From Spirochaetia bacterium (GTDB lineage: Bacteria > Spirochaetota > Spirochaetia > SZUA-6 > Bin103): 64,000 nt of DNA. Positions 20,361-29,560 of the stretch are shown here, piece by piece. The DNA lies in the NCBI GenBank assembly GCA_965199955.1, contig CBDATQ010000001.1, forward strand, positions 1,440,001-1,504,000, given 5' to 3'. Both the position numbers and the translations under genes were made by a program. Under the pieces are notes generated by a model. That model saw nothing but the letters and a program-made list of their open reading frames with translations. It was not told where the DNA came from and did not search any database. Within the stretch, counting starts at the first letter, position 1. Each line of letters starts with the position of its first letter.

Positions 20361-22050
20361 CGGAGCCGCGATCGATCCCATCACGCTCGAGATCATGCGC
20401 AACCGCTGGCTGGGAATCGCCGAGGAGTGTTGCGCCGCCCTGGTGCGCGCCAGCTACTCCACCAACATCAAGGACCGCCGTGACTGCTCGGTGGCGCTGG
20501 CCACGCCCGACGGGGTGATCGTCGCCCAGGCGGAGGTGGGCACGCCCCTCCACCTGGGCATCATGCCGGGCGTCCTGGGCGCGATCCTGGCCGAGTTTCC
20601 TCCGAAGGGGATGCAGCCCGGCGACATGTATGCCAGCAACCTGCCCTATCCCGAGGGGCCGGGCCACCTGCCGGACCTGTCGCTGGTGGCGCCCGTCTTC
20701 CACGGGGGCGAGCTGGTCGCACTTTCGGCGTCCACCGCCCACCACGTGGACATGGGCGGCTACGCGCCGGGCAGCATGCCGTTCGGGGTGACCGAGATCT
20801 ACCAGGAGGGGCTGCAGATCCCGCCGATCGCGCTGGTGCGCGGCGGCGAGCTGCAGGAGCCGATCCTGCGGCTGATCGAGCAGAACGTCCGCACCCGCAT
20901 CGAGGTGCGCGGCGACCTGATGGCCCAGTACGCCACCGCCCGCACCGCGGAGCGGCGGGTGGCCGAGCTGCTGGACGCAGGCGACGGCCGGCTGGCGCTC
21001 GACGCCATCCCCGCCATCCTCGATCACGCCGAGGCGTGCATGCGCGCCGGCATCCGCGGGCTGCCTGACGGGGTGTACCGGTTCCGCGACTACCTGGACG
21101 ACGACGGCTTCACCGACGACCCGGTACGCATCGCCGTCGAGATCCGCGTCGCTGGTGACGAGTTGTCCGTCGACTTCGACGGAACCAGCGCCCAGGTGGC
21201 CGGCCCCCTGAACGCGCGGCTGAGCGCCGCGCGCGCGGCGGTCTACTACACCTGCAAGGCCGTGATCGACCCCGACCTGCCCACCTCGGCCGGAGCCTAC
21301 CGCCCCATACACGTCAGCGCTCCGGAAGGGACGGTCATGAACGCCACCTTCCCGGCGGCCATCGGCAACGCCAACATCCTCACCGACCAGCGTGTGGTCG
21401 ACGTGCTGATGGGGGCGCTGGCGCAGTGCGTGCCGGAGCGGGTGTGCGCCGCCTGTTCGGGAGAGATGAACCTGCTCAACATCGGGGGCGTCGACGACCG
21501 TCCCGACGCCCTCGACTCCTACTACAACTACGTGGAGACCTACGCTGGCGGGCAGGGAGCGATGCACGACCTGGACGGCGAGGACGGCGTGCACACCCAT
21601 CTGACCAACACCCGCAACGCCCCGGTGGAGGTGATCGAGCGCACCTACCCGCTGGAGGTGGTGCGCTACGGGCTTGTCCCCGACACCGAGGGCGCGGGCC
21701 GCCGGCGCGGCGGCTGCGGCATGGTGCGCGAGCTGCGCTCCCTGGGCGAGCGCACGGTGGTCACCATCGGCGCCGACCGCCGCCGCTTCACGCCCTGGGG
21801 GTTGGACGGCGGGAAGAATGCTACGGGCTCGATGCTCACCGTGACCGCCGCCGACGGCACGGTGCGCGTGCTGCCGACCAAAGCGTTCGTGGAGCTTCAG
21901 CGCGGCGACGTGCTCACTGTCCAGACGCCGGGCGGCGGCGGCTGGGGCGCGCCGGCGGACCGTGAGCCCGACCGGCTGGATCGGGACGTAAGCTCCGGCC
22001 TGATCAGCCCGGAGCGGGCGCGTGAGGTGTACGGCAGCGACGGTCCCTGA
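20353..22050 (+). CDS. Hydantoinase B/oxoprolinase subunit
   Basis: DPITLEI, HLPD, HHVDMGG, EIYQEGL, TPGGGGWG. Confidence 0.9.
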   Translation: MADGAAIDPITLEIMRNRWLGIAEECCAALVRASYSTNIKDRRDCSVALATPDGVIVAQAEVGTPLHLGIMPGVLGAILAEFPPKGMQPGDMYASNLPYPEGPGHLPDLSLVAPVFHGGELVALSASTAHHVDMGGYAPGSMPFGVTEIYQEGLQIPPIALVRGGELQEPILRLIEQNVRTRIEVRGDLMAQYATARTAERRVAELLDAGDGRLALDAIPAILDHAEACMRAGIRGLPDGVYRFRDYLDDDGFTDDPVRIAVEIRVAGDELSVDFDGTSAQVAGPLNARLSAARAAVYYTCKAVIDPDLPTSAGAYRPIHVSAPEGTVMNATFPAAIGNANILTDQRVVDVLMGALAQCVPERVCAACSGEMNLLNIGGVDDRPDALDSYYNYVETYAGGQGAMHDLDGEDGVHTHLTNTRNAPVEVIERTYPLEVVRYGLVPDTEGAGRRRGGCGMVRELRSLGERTVVTIGADRRRFTPWGLDGGKNATGSMLTVTAADGTVRVLPTKAFVELQRGDVLTVQTPGGGGWGAPADREPDRLDRDVSSGLISPERAREVYGSDGP

Positions 22051-22421
22051 GAGCGCGTCCCGCCATATCGGCAGTTGTCGGAACTCGGGTTGGCCCAGTG
22101 GCTGGAAATCGCGACGAGCGGGGACATAACGACTGCACAATACTCGCGGGGAGGAGAAATCGGGCACTCTTGCAGATCCACCAACGCCGGCGCTGGCGGT
22201 GAAAGGTTGGCGTTCCGCACGCCGGCGGATCCAGGGTCTGTCCCGACCGAGGGTGGGAGCTGTCGCCACGATCGGCCGGAGCCAGTAGCGGCGTCGCGCG
22301 TCCGTGATCGGCTCGAACGGCCTGAGAGGGGCGGCAGGGGCAGCGCTTGACGGAGCACAGAGAAGCGGACATTTGCGCCCGGAGCGGCCCCTGTCATATC
22401 ATCGCGGTCTCTCCTGCACCG

Positions 22422-23129
22422 ATGCCGCTAACCTACTATATCCACGCACGCCGCGACGAGCCCAAGGTTGCGCTGACCTTCGACGACGGGCCGAACCCGC
22501 CCCGCACCGACGAGATCATGGACATCCTGGAGGCGAAGGGAGCCCGCGGCACGTTCTTCGTGCTCGGCAAGTGGGTCGAGCGGTGGCCGCAGGCGTTCGA
22601 GCGGATCGTGCGGCGCGGCCACTGCATCGGCAACCACAGCCACGTCCACCACGCACACGTCGGCGACTTCGACCGCGCCGAGGCCGTGATCGGCAACATC
22701 CTGGGCCGCCCCACGCGGTTCTTGCGCGCCCACTACTTCAACTACTTCACCTGCCTGTACTCGCCGCTTGCGATGTCCGAGTCGATGGCGATCGTCGACT
22801 CGGACGTCAACCCGGCCGACTACGCCAAGACCGATCCGCAGGAGATCGTCGAAGCCACGCTGCAGCACCCGTCGCTCGCCGCCGGGTCGATCATCGACCT
22901 GCACGACAGCGGCGAGACGGACGACGACGGGCTGCGCCTGGCACGGCCGCTGCCGCTGATTGCGGCTCTGCCGACGATCATCGACGGCCTGCAGGCGCAG
23001 GGCTTCCAGCTCGTCGGCCTGGACCAGATGACCCTGGTCGACCCGGTCGAGTGGCAGCCGGACGACCGCGCGACCTACGCGTCGCCGGAGGCGCGCGCCG
23101 CGGTGTACGAGCTCGGCCGGCAGCGATGA
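22422..23129 (+). CDS. Polysaccharide deacetylase (NodB/CE4)
   Basis: LTFDDGP, GNHSHVH, IDLHD motifs. Confidence 0.85.
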   Translation: MPLTYYIHARRDEPKVALTFDDGPNPPRTDEIMDILEAKGARGTFFVLGKWVERWPQAFERIVRRGHCIGNHSHVHHAHVGDFDRAEAVIGNILGRPTRFLRAHYFNYFTCLYSPLAMSESMAIVDSDVNPADYAKTDPQEIVEATLQHPSLAAGSIIDLHDSGETDDDGLRLARPLPLIAALPTIIDGLQAQGFQLVGLDQMTLVDPVEWQPDDRATYASPEARAAVYELGRQR

Positions 23130-23183
23130 ACCTCGCCTTCAACATCTGCTCATCAATCCTTGTTCACGAAGGAGGAGACTAGA

Positions 23184-24764
23184 GTGAACATCCGTATCAG
23201 ACCTGTGTTCCTGGCCGTGCTGGCGGTCGCGCTGGTGCTCGGCGGCGGCGCGGCCGTGGCGTACGACGACGTCCTGGTGATCGCGATATCGGGCGACATC
23301 GAGACGCTCGACCCGCCGTTCTCGCGCTTTCAGCGCTCGAACGAGACCAACCTGAACGTCTACGACCAGTTCTTCCGCTACGGGCGGCGCGACACCGGTC
23401 AGGGCTACAGCATCGCCGACACCGGCACCATCGAAGGCGCAGCCATCGAGTCGTGGGAGTGGTCGGACGACGGGCTGTCGATCGTGCTCGACATCCGGCA
23501 GGGCGTGACCTTTTCCAAGACCGGCCGCGAGCTGACCGCCGACGACTTCATCTACTGGTTCGACCGGGCGCACGGAACGGAGTCCGGCACCGCCTGGAAC
23601 GTCAACACCGCCGGCATCACCGCGTACGAGAAGACCGGCGACCACCAGGTGACGCTGCAGTTCTCGAATCCCAGCCCATGGTTCTTCTTCCTGTTCCGCG
23701 ACCAGTCGCAGGGGCCGATGGACCACGTCGAGGCGCAGGCGCACGTCGAGTCCGACGATCCGTGGGCGACGCGCTGGCTGGCCAAGAACGACGTCGGCTC
23801 CGGCGAGTACTACGTCGAGAGCTGGGAGGCCGGCGTGCAGATGGTGCTGCGCGCCAATCCCGACTACTGGGCCGGGCCGGCCTTCTTCGAAGAGATCATC
23901 CTGCAGATCGTCCCCAACTCGGCCGATCGCGCGCTGCTGCTGCGCGAAGGAGAGGTGGACATCGCCACCGGGCTCTCCACGGACGAGCTTTCTGCCCTGC
24001 GCGACTCCGACGGCGTCAAGGTGCTGTCGATTCCGACGCGCAACCAGATGATCTTCGGCTTCAACGTGCAGCGTGCGCCGTTCGACGACGAGCGCGTACG
24101 CCAGGCGCTGTCCTACGCGGTGCCGTACGAGGCGATCGCGCAGGGGATCTTCGGCGGCAACGCTCTGGTGTCGGCCGGTCCGATACCGGTCGGCGGGCAG
24201 TATCACGACAGCAGCCTGTGGCCGTACAGCTTTGATCTGGACAAGGCGTCGGCCCTGCTGGCCGAGGCCGGCTACGGCGACGGGTTCGAGTTCACCCTGG
24301 ACATCGCCTCCGGCCTGCCCACCACGGAGCAGATCGCGGTCGTCCTGCAGGACGCGTTCAAGGACGTCGGCGTGACCATGAACATCAACCCGCAGCCCGC
24401 CGCGGTGTTCGCGGAGCAACTCGGCACGCTGGAGCATCACGCCTGGATGCGTGACCTGCTGTGGTACGTGGACGACGCCGGCTATACCGGCGACCTGTTC
24501 TTCCGTACCGGCGCGGTCGCCAACTGGATGGGCTACAGCGACACGGAGCTGGATCCCATCATCGACGAGCTGACCGTCACGCTCGACCCCGGGCGCAAGG
24601 CGGAGCTGACGCATCGCTACCAGGAGATCCTGATCGCGGCGGCGCCGGCTCTCTACGTCTCGGAGATGCCGTTCGAGATCGCGATGCGCGACGATATTCA
24701 CGGCTACGTGCAGCTCCCCGACAATCTGCTGTGGTACTGGCCGCTGTACCGCGACGACGGCTGA
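23184..24764 (+). CDS. ABC transporter substrate-binding protein, family 5
   Basis: GTG after GGAGGAG; signal peptide; ETLDP, ESWEWSDDG, FDDERVRQAL. Confidence 0.9.
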   Translation: MNIRIRPVFLAVLAVALVLGGGAAVAYDDVLVIAISGDIETLDPPFSRFQRSNETNLNVYDQFFRYGRRDTGQGYSIADTGTIEGAAIESWEWSDDGLSIVLDIRQGVTFSKTGRELTADDFIYWFDRAHGTESGTAWNVNTAGITAYEKTGDHQVTLQFSNPSPWFFFLFRDQSQGPMDHVEAQAHVESDDPWATRWLAKNDVGSGEYYVESWEAGVQMVLRANPDYWAGPAFFEEIILQIVPNSADRALLLREGEVDIATGLSTDELSALRDSDGVKVLSIPTRNQMIFGFNVQRAPFDDERVRQALSYAVPYEAIAQGIFGGNALVSAGPIPVGGQYHDSSLWPYSFDLDKASALLAEAGYGDGFEFTLDIASGLPTTEQIAVVLQDAFKDVGVTMNINPQPAAVFAEQLGTLEHHAWMRDLLWYVDDAGYTGDLFFRTGAVANWMGYSDTELDPIIDELTVTLDPGRKAELTHRYQEILIAAAPALYVSEMPFEIAMRDDIHGYVQLPDNLLWYWPLYRDDG

Positions 24765-24789
24765 TCACCGAGCCGCTCTCTTTCCGTGT

Positions 24790-24823
24790 GCGGGGTGCGG
24801 GCGCCGAGCGCTCGTCACCCCGC
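24790..24823 (+). promoter_or_regulatory. Intercistronic stem-loop after the SBP gene
   Basis: GCGGGGTG...CACCCCGC closing stem. Confidence 0.45.
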
Positions 24824-24860
24824 TCATCTTTCGGTGGCTTTCGTGAGCGCGCCCTGACCG

Positions 24861-25889
24861 ATGCTTGAGTCCGCGCGCGAATGGGCGCTGTTCCTGGCCA
24901 AGCGGGTCGGGATCCTCATCATCTCCCTGCTGGGCGTGTCGATGATCACCTTCGCGGTCACGCATGCCATCGGCAACCCCGTCTACCTGCTGGTCGGTCC
25001 CAGGCACAACCAGGAGATGCTCGACAACCTGACCCGCGAGCTGGGCCTGGACCGGCCGCTGTACGAGCGCTACGTCAACTACCTGGCCAACCTGGCCCGA
25101 GGCAACCTGGGCGTGTCCCGCTACTCCTACAACCCGGTGCTGACCGACATCCGCTCGCGGCTGCCGGCCACCCTGGAGCTGTCCACGTTCGCGCTGCTGC
25201 TCGGGGTGCTGTGGGCGGTGCCGGCCGGCGTGGTCGCCGGCATCCGCCGCCGCGGCGTGTTCGCCCGGTTGGCGGACGTGACCGCGCGCGGCGGCGTCTC
25301 CATGCCCGGGTTCTGGCTCGGGCTGCTTCTGATCTTCGTCTTCTTCGCGGAGCTGGGCTGGCTGCCGGCGCCGCTCGGCCGCCTGGACCGCGAGTTCGGC
25401 AAGCCGCCGTACGTCACCGGCTGGTACACGGTCGACTCGCTGCTGGCCGGCGACGCCGGCGCGTTCGTGTCCACCGTCCGCCACCTGATCCTGCCGGCGG
25501 TGACGCTGGCGCTCACCACCAGCCCCAGCACGCTGCAGATCACGCGCAACAAGATGCGGGAGGTGATGCAGAGCGACTTCATCCGCACCGCCAGGGCGTT
25601 CGGGATGCCGTCCTCGACGGTCTATCGCTATGCGCTGCGCAACATCCTGGGACCGGTGATCACCATGATCGCCATGACCTACGGCTATCTGCTGAGCGGC
25701 ACCGTGCTGGTCGAGGTGGTGTTCACCTGGCCGGGGCTGGGGCTGTACGCGGTCGACGCCATGAACCACTCCGACTACGAGCCGATCATGGGCGTGGTGC
25801 TGCTGACCGCCGCCTTCTACCTGACGATCTACCTGGCCGCCGACGTCGTCAACGCCATGCTCGATCCGCGCGCGCGCAGCCGGGAGTGA
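24861..25889 (+). CDS. ABC permease, DppB/OppB type
   Basis: LGLDRPLYERY, RLPATLEL, FIRTARAFG, VFTWPGLG. Confidence 0.9.
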   Translation: MLESAREWALFLAKRVGILIISLLGVSMITFAVTHAIGNPVYLLVGPRHNQEMLDNLTRELGLDRPLYERYVNYLANLARGNLGVSRYSYNPVLTDIRSRLPATLELSTFALLLGVLWAVPAGVVAGIRRRGVFARLADVTARGGVSMPGFWLGLLLIFVFFAELGWLPAPLGRLDREFGKPPYVTGWYTVDSLLAGDAGAFVSTVRHLILPAVTLALTTSPSTLQITRNKMREVMQSDFIRTARAFGMPSSTVYRYALRNILGPVITMIAMTYGYLLSGTVLVEVVFTWPGLGLYAVDAMNHSDYEPIMGVVLLTAAFYLTIYLAADVVNAMLDPRARSRE

Positions 25890-25891
25890 GC

Positions 25892-26773
25892 ATGGGCGCC
25901 GCCGATCTCGCGTCCGCCGCCGTGGCCGACACCGCCCGGCCGGGCTTCTACCGGCGCCTGGAGAACGCCAACGGCGCCGCCCGGGTGCGGATCAACCTCG
26001 CCCTGCTTTCGCTGCTGATCATGCTGGGCGCGGTCGCTCCGCTGCTGCCGCTGCAGGATCCGGTCGATCCGAATCCGCTCTCCCGGTTCGCGCCGCCGTC
26101 GCGGGAGCACTGGTTCGGCACCGACACCAATGGCATGGACGTGTTCTCCCGCACGATCCACGCGATTCGCGTCGACTTCTCGCTGGCGCTGAGCTCGGTG
26201 CTGTTGGGCATCCTGGTCGGCGTGCCGCTGGGCGCGCTGGCCGGCTACTTCGGGGGCCGTTTCGACACCGTGGTGACGCGGATCACGGAGGTGTTCCAGG
26301 GCTTTCCGCAGATCCTGTTCGGGATGGCGGTGCTGGCGGCCGCCGGCAACACGCTGGTGAACCTGGTGCTGATCATCGCGTTTTACAACGTTCCCGTGTA
26401 CAGCAAGATGGTGCGCAGCGCCGCCGTGCCCCTGCGCGAGGCGGACTTCGTGCTGGCGGCGCGGGTGTTCGGCAACTCGCCGCTGTCGGTGGTGTTCCGG
26501 CACGTCATGCCCAACACGCTGGTGCCGGTGTTCTCGCAGCTTCCGCTGAGCTGCGCCTACGCCGTGCAGATGATCGCGGGCCTTAGCTTCGTCGGCCTGG
26601 GCGTCTCCATCCCGACGCCGGAGTGGGGCTCGATGATCCAGCTCGGCGCAAATCAGATGGTGTTCGGCAAGTGGTGGGCGTCGGTGTTCCCCGGACTGGC
26701 GCTGTTCGGCTCGGTCTGGGTGCTCAACAACGTCAGCGACCTGCTCGGGTCGCTGGTGGTACGGCGGGCGTGA
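25892..26773 (+). CDS. ABC permease, DppC/OppC type
   Basis: HWFGTDTNGMDVFSR, FVLAARVFG, LSFVGLG, PEWG. Confidence 0.9.
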   Translation: MGAADLASAAVADTARPGFYRRLENANGAARVRINLALLSLLIMLGAVAPLLPLQDPVDPNPLSRFAPPSREHWFGTDTNGMDVFSRTIHAIRVDFSLALSSVLLGILVGVPLGALAGYFGGRFDTVVTRITEVFQGFPQILFGMAVLAAAGNTLVNLVLIIAFYNVPVYSKMVRSAAVPLREADFVLAARVFGNSPLSVVFRHVMPNTLVPVFSQLPLSCAYAVQMIAGLSFVGLGVSIPTPEWGSMIQLGANQMVFGKWWASVFPGLALFGSVWVLNNVSDLLGSLVVRRA

Positions 26774-26777
26774 CGCC

Positions 26778-27737
26778 GTGGCCCTGCTGTCGATCCGCGA
26801 CCTGGCCGTGGAATTCCTGGTCGACCGGCAGACCATTCACGCCCTGCGCGGCGTGACCATGAGCCTCGAAGAGGGGTCGCGCACGGCGGTCGTCGGCGAG
26901 AGCGGCTCGGGCAAGACCGTGACCGCGCTCAGCGTTCTGCGGCTCCTCCCGCCAACCGCGCGGATAACTTCCGGGCAGATCGATTTCGCCGGCCGGGACC
27001 TGACCTCACTGGACGATGCGCGGCTGGGCGAGATCCGCGGCTCGCAGGTGGCGATGATCTTCCAGCACGCCGCGGCGGCACTCAATCCGCTCTGGCCGGT
27101 CGGCCGCCAGATCGCGGACGTCTATCGCCGCCACCGGGGAGGAGCGCGGCGCGAAGCGTGGCAGCGCGCGGTCGAGGTGCTGGCCGCCACGGGCATCCCC
27201 GACGCGGCCGCGCGTGCGCGGGACTATCCGCACCAGTTCTCGGGCGGCATGGCGCAGCGGGTGATGATCGCGATGGCGCTGGTGTGCTCGCCGAAGTTGC
27301 TAATCGCCGACGAGCCCACCACCGGGCTCGACCTGACCATCCAGGTGCAGGTGCTCGATCTGATAGCCGAGGTGGTCGAGCGGCTGGGCGCGACGCTGAT
27401 GCTCATCTCGCACGACCTGGCGATCGTCGGAGCGCTCTGCGACCACGTGGTGGTGATGTACGCGGGCGAGGTGATGGAGAGCGGCACCACCGCGCAGGTG
27501 CTCGAAGAGTCGGCCAATCCGTACACGGAAGGGTTGCTGGCGTGCTTCGCCGAGGCAGAGGGCGGAGACATGCCGTCCATCCCCGGACGCGCACCCGACA
27601 TGCGCCGGCCGCTGCCGGGCTGCGGATTCGCCGAGCGCTGCGCGCATGCCGGCGCCATCTGCCGACGGCATCCGGCGCCGGTGGTCGAGGTCGCGGCCGG
27701 GCATCTCTCGCGGTGCCACTTCGCCGGGGAGCGGTAG
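26778..27737 (+). CDS. ABC ATPase, DppD/OppD type
   Basis: GESGSGKT, FSGGMAQR, IADEPT, C-terminal Cys motif. Confidence 0.9.
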   Translation: MALLSIRDLAVEFLVDRQTIHALRGVTMSLEEGSRTAVVGESGSGKTVTALSVLRLLPPTARITSGQIDFAGRDLTSLDDARLGEIRGSQVAMIFQHAAAALNPLWPVGRQIADVYRRHRGGARREAWQRAVEVLAATGIPDAAARARDYPHQFSGGMAQRVMIAMALVCSPKLLIADEPTTGLDLTIQVQVLDLIAEVVERLGATLMLISHDLAIVGALCDHVVVMYAGEVMESGTTAQVLEESANPYTEGLLACFAEAEGGDMPSIPGRAPDMRRPLPGCGFAERCAHAGAICRRHPAPVVEVAAGHLSRCHFAGER

Positions 27738-27793
27738 CGCCCCAAACCCGTCGCCTCCGGCTCCGCGTTTGGCCCATCCCTGCCTTCCGGTTC

Positions 27794-27837
27794 GGATTCT
27801 GTCGGCTTCCCGCTTGAGCGGCAATCCGCCAGAATCC
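27794..27837. repeat. Imperfect inverted repeat (REP-like) between the two ATPase genes
   Basis: GGATTCTGTCGGCTTCCCGC-TTGA-GCGGCAATCCGCCAGAATCC, 17 of 20 positions complementary. Confidence 0.6.
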
Positions 27838-27844
27838 TCGCGGC

Positions 27845-28825
27845 GTGGACGACCAGCCGCTGCTCCGTGTCGAGCGCTCGGTGAAGCGCTACGCGCTGCG
27901 CCGGCGCGGTCTGCGCCGCTCGCACGTGGCGGCCCTGGACGGCGTGTCGGTCGCGGTGCGGCGAGGCGAGTGCGTGGGCCTGGTCGGGGAATCGGGTTCC
28001 GGCAAGTCGACGCTGGGCCGCTGCGTGCTCAACCTCACGCCTCTGGATGCGGGCCGCATCGTGTTTCAGGGGAAGGAGATCCAGGCGCTGGGAGAACGCG
28101 AGTGGCGGCCGTTGCGCCGGCAGTTGCAGATGGTGTTTCAGAACCCGCTGACCTCGTTCAACCCCATGATGACCATCGAGCAGTCACTGCAGGACGCGTT
28201 GCGCCACACCGCCGGCATGGAGGCCGCGGCGCGGCGCAGCCACGCGCGGGTATTGCTGGAGCAGGTGCAGCTCGATCAGCGGTTCGCGGCGCTCTATCCG
28301 TACGAGCTCTCCGGCGGTCAGTTGCAGCGCGCCGCCATCGCGCGGGCGCTGGCGCCGGGGCCCGACTTCCTGTTCCTGGACGAGCCGACGGCCGCCCTGG
28401 ACATGTCGATCAAGGGGCAGATCGTGAATCTGCTCCGCGAGCTGCAGCGCCGCCACGAGCGGGCGCTCATCTTCGTGTCGCACGACCTGCGGGCGGTACG
28501 CTACGTGGCCGACCGCATCTGCGTGATGTACCAGGGTCAGGTCGTGGAGCAGGGCAGCCGCGCTGCCGTATTCCACCGGCCGCGGCATCCGTACACCCGA
28601 GCCCTGCTGGCCGCGACGCTGATCGGGCGCGGCGCGCGCGCCGCGTCGACCGCGCCGGGCGGTGACAACGAGCCCACGGAGCGGTTACCGGAGGGATGCC
28701 GGCTGGTCGGACGCTGTCCGTTCGCCCAGGAATGCTGCCGGCGGGAGCCGCAGGAGTTGCGCCCGATCGCGCCGGGCCACGAGGTTCGCTGCTGGCGCTC
28801 GGAGGAGCTCCCCGCGGCCGGCTGA
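27845..28825 (+). CDS. ABC ATPase, DppF/OppF type
   Basis: [29 protein letters not shown]. Confidence 0.9.
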   Translation: MDDQPLLRVERSVKRYALRRRGLRRSHVAALDGVSVAVRRGECVGLVGESGSGKSTLGRCVLNLTPLDAGRIVFQGKEIQALGEREWRPLRRQLQMVFQNPLTSFNPMMTIEQSLQDALRHTAGMEAAARRSHARVLLEQVQLDQRFAALYPYELSGGQLQRAAIARALAPGPDFLFLDEPTAALDMSIKGQIVNLLRELQRRHERALIFVSHDLRAVRYVADRICVMYQGQVVEQGSRAAVFHRPRHPYTRALLAATLIGRGARAASTAPGGDNEPTERLPEGCRLVGRCPFAQECCRREPQELRPIAPGHEVRCWRSEELPAAG

Positions 28826-28849
28826 GCCGACGTGCTGGCCGATATCACG

Positions 28850-29005
28850 CGGGAGGTGTACGAAGCGCCAGCAGGGTCGTTTGCTGCAGGCCACAAGGCA
28901 CTGGAGTCGCTCGTCCTGACCCGCTCCGCGATCGAGTTCAAACGCGGCGTGTCGCATGAATTTGCGAGACTCGTATACGACGGCATGTGGTTCACCTCGC
29001 ATTGA
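28850..29005 (+). pseudogene. argG: Argininosuccinate synthase internal fragment
   Basis: REVYEAPA...HKALESLVLTR...FKRGVSHEFARLVYDGMWF then stop; no N-terminal half. Confidence 0.8.
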
Positions 29006-29088
29006 GGAGGCGCGGACGAGCTCGATCGAGCCGGAAGTACCGACAGGTCGCTCCTCGCTGCTGCCCTCGTCGCCAACCCTGGTGTGAA

Positions 29089-29397
29089 GTTGCCCGGTGC
29101 GTCGCCGGAGCGCTGATACGCGACGGCAAGGTGCTGCTCGTCAAGAGGTCGTTTCAAGTCCGCCAATACCCGGGCGTGTGGGATCTGATGGGAGGGCACG
29201 TCGAGGGAGACGAGTCCCTGGAGGACGCGTTGCGCCGCGACGCGTTCGAAGAGCTGCGGGTAGCAAGCGAGTCCTCCCAGCCACTGGGGACCATCCATGA
29301 TCCGGTTGAACCGGCTGAAGTCAGCGTCTATGTCGTGTCCCGCTGGAGCGGCGAACCCGTGAACGCCTCTCCCGACGAACACAGTGAGATACGCTGA
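29089..29397 (+). pseudogene. NUDIX hydrolase, apparently truncated
   Basis: Nudix box GGHVEGDESLEDALRRDAFEEL; no clear start; stops at EHSEIR where a Trp usually follows. Confidence 0.65.
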
Positions 29398-29407
29398 TAA
29401 ACGGTCC

Positions 29408-29538
29408 GACGAGCGATTCGCAGCAGTCGATGTCCGATTCGAGGACATGAACAAGCGCTTCGATTCAATGCGGTGGCTGTTGGCGGTGCGTTCGTCGTGA
29501 TCGGGGTCCTGATGACCGTCTTCGAGTTCATTACCTGA
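29408..29538 (+). pseudogene. C-terminal fragment of a small coiled-coil plus membrane-anchor protein
   Basis: DERFAAVDVRFEDMNKRFDSMRWL then shifted frame GGAFVVIGVLMTVFEFIT stop. Confidence 0.4.
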
Positions 29539-29560
29539 CGCGCGGGAACCGCGCCCCGGC

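Noticed and set aside
22051..22421. Possible ncRNA, riboswitch or gene scrap in the intergenic gap
   Set aside because: No recognisable RNA motif or protein family could be supported by eye
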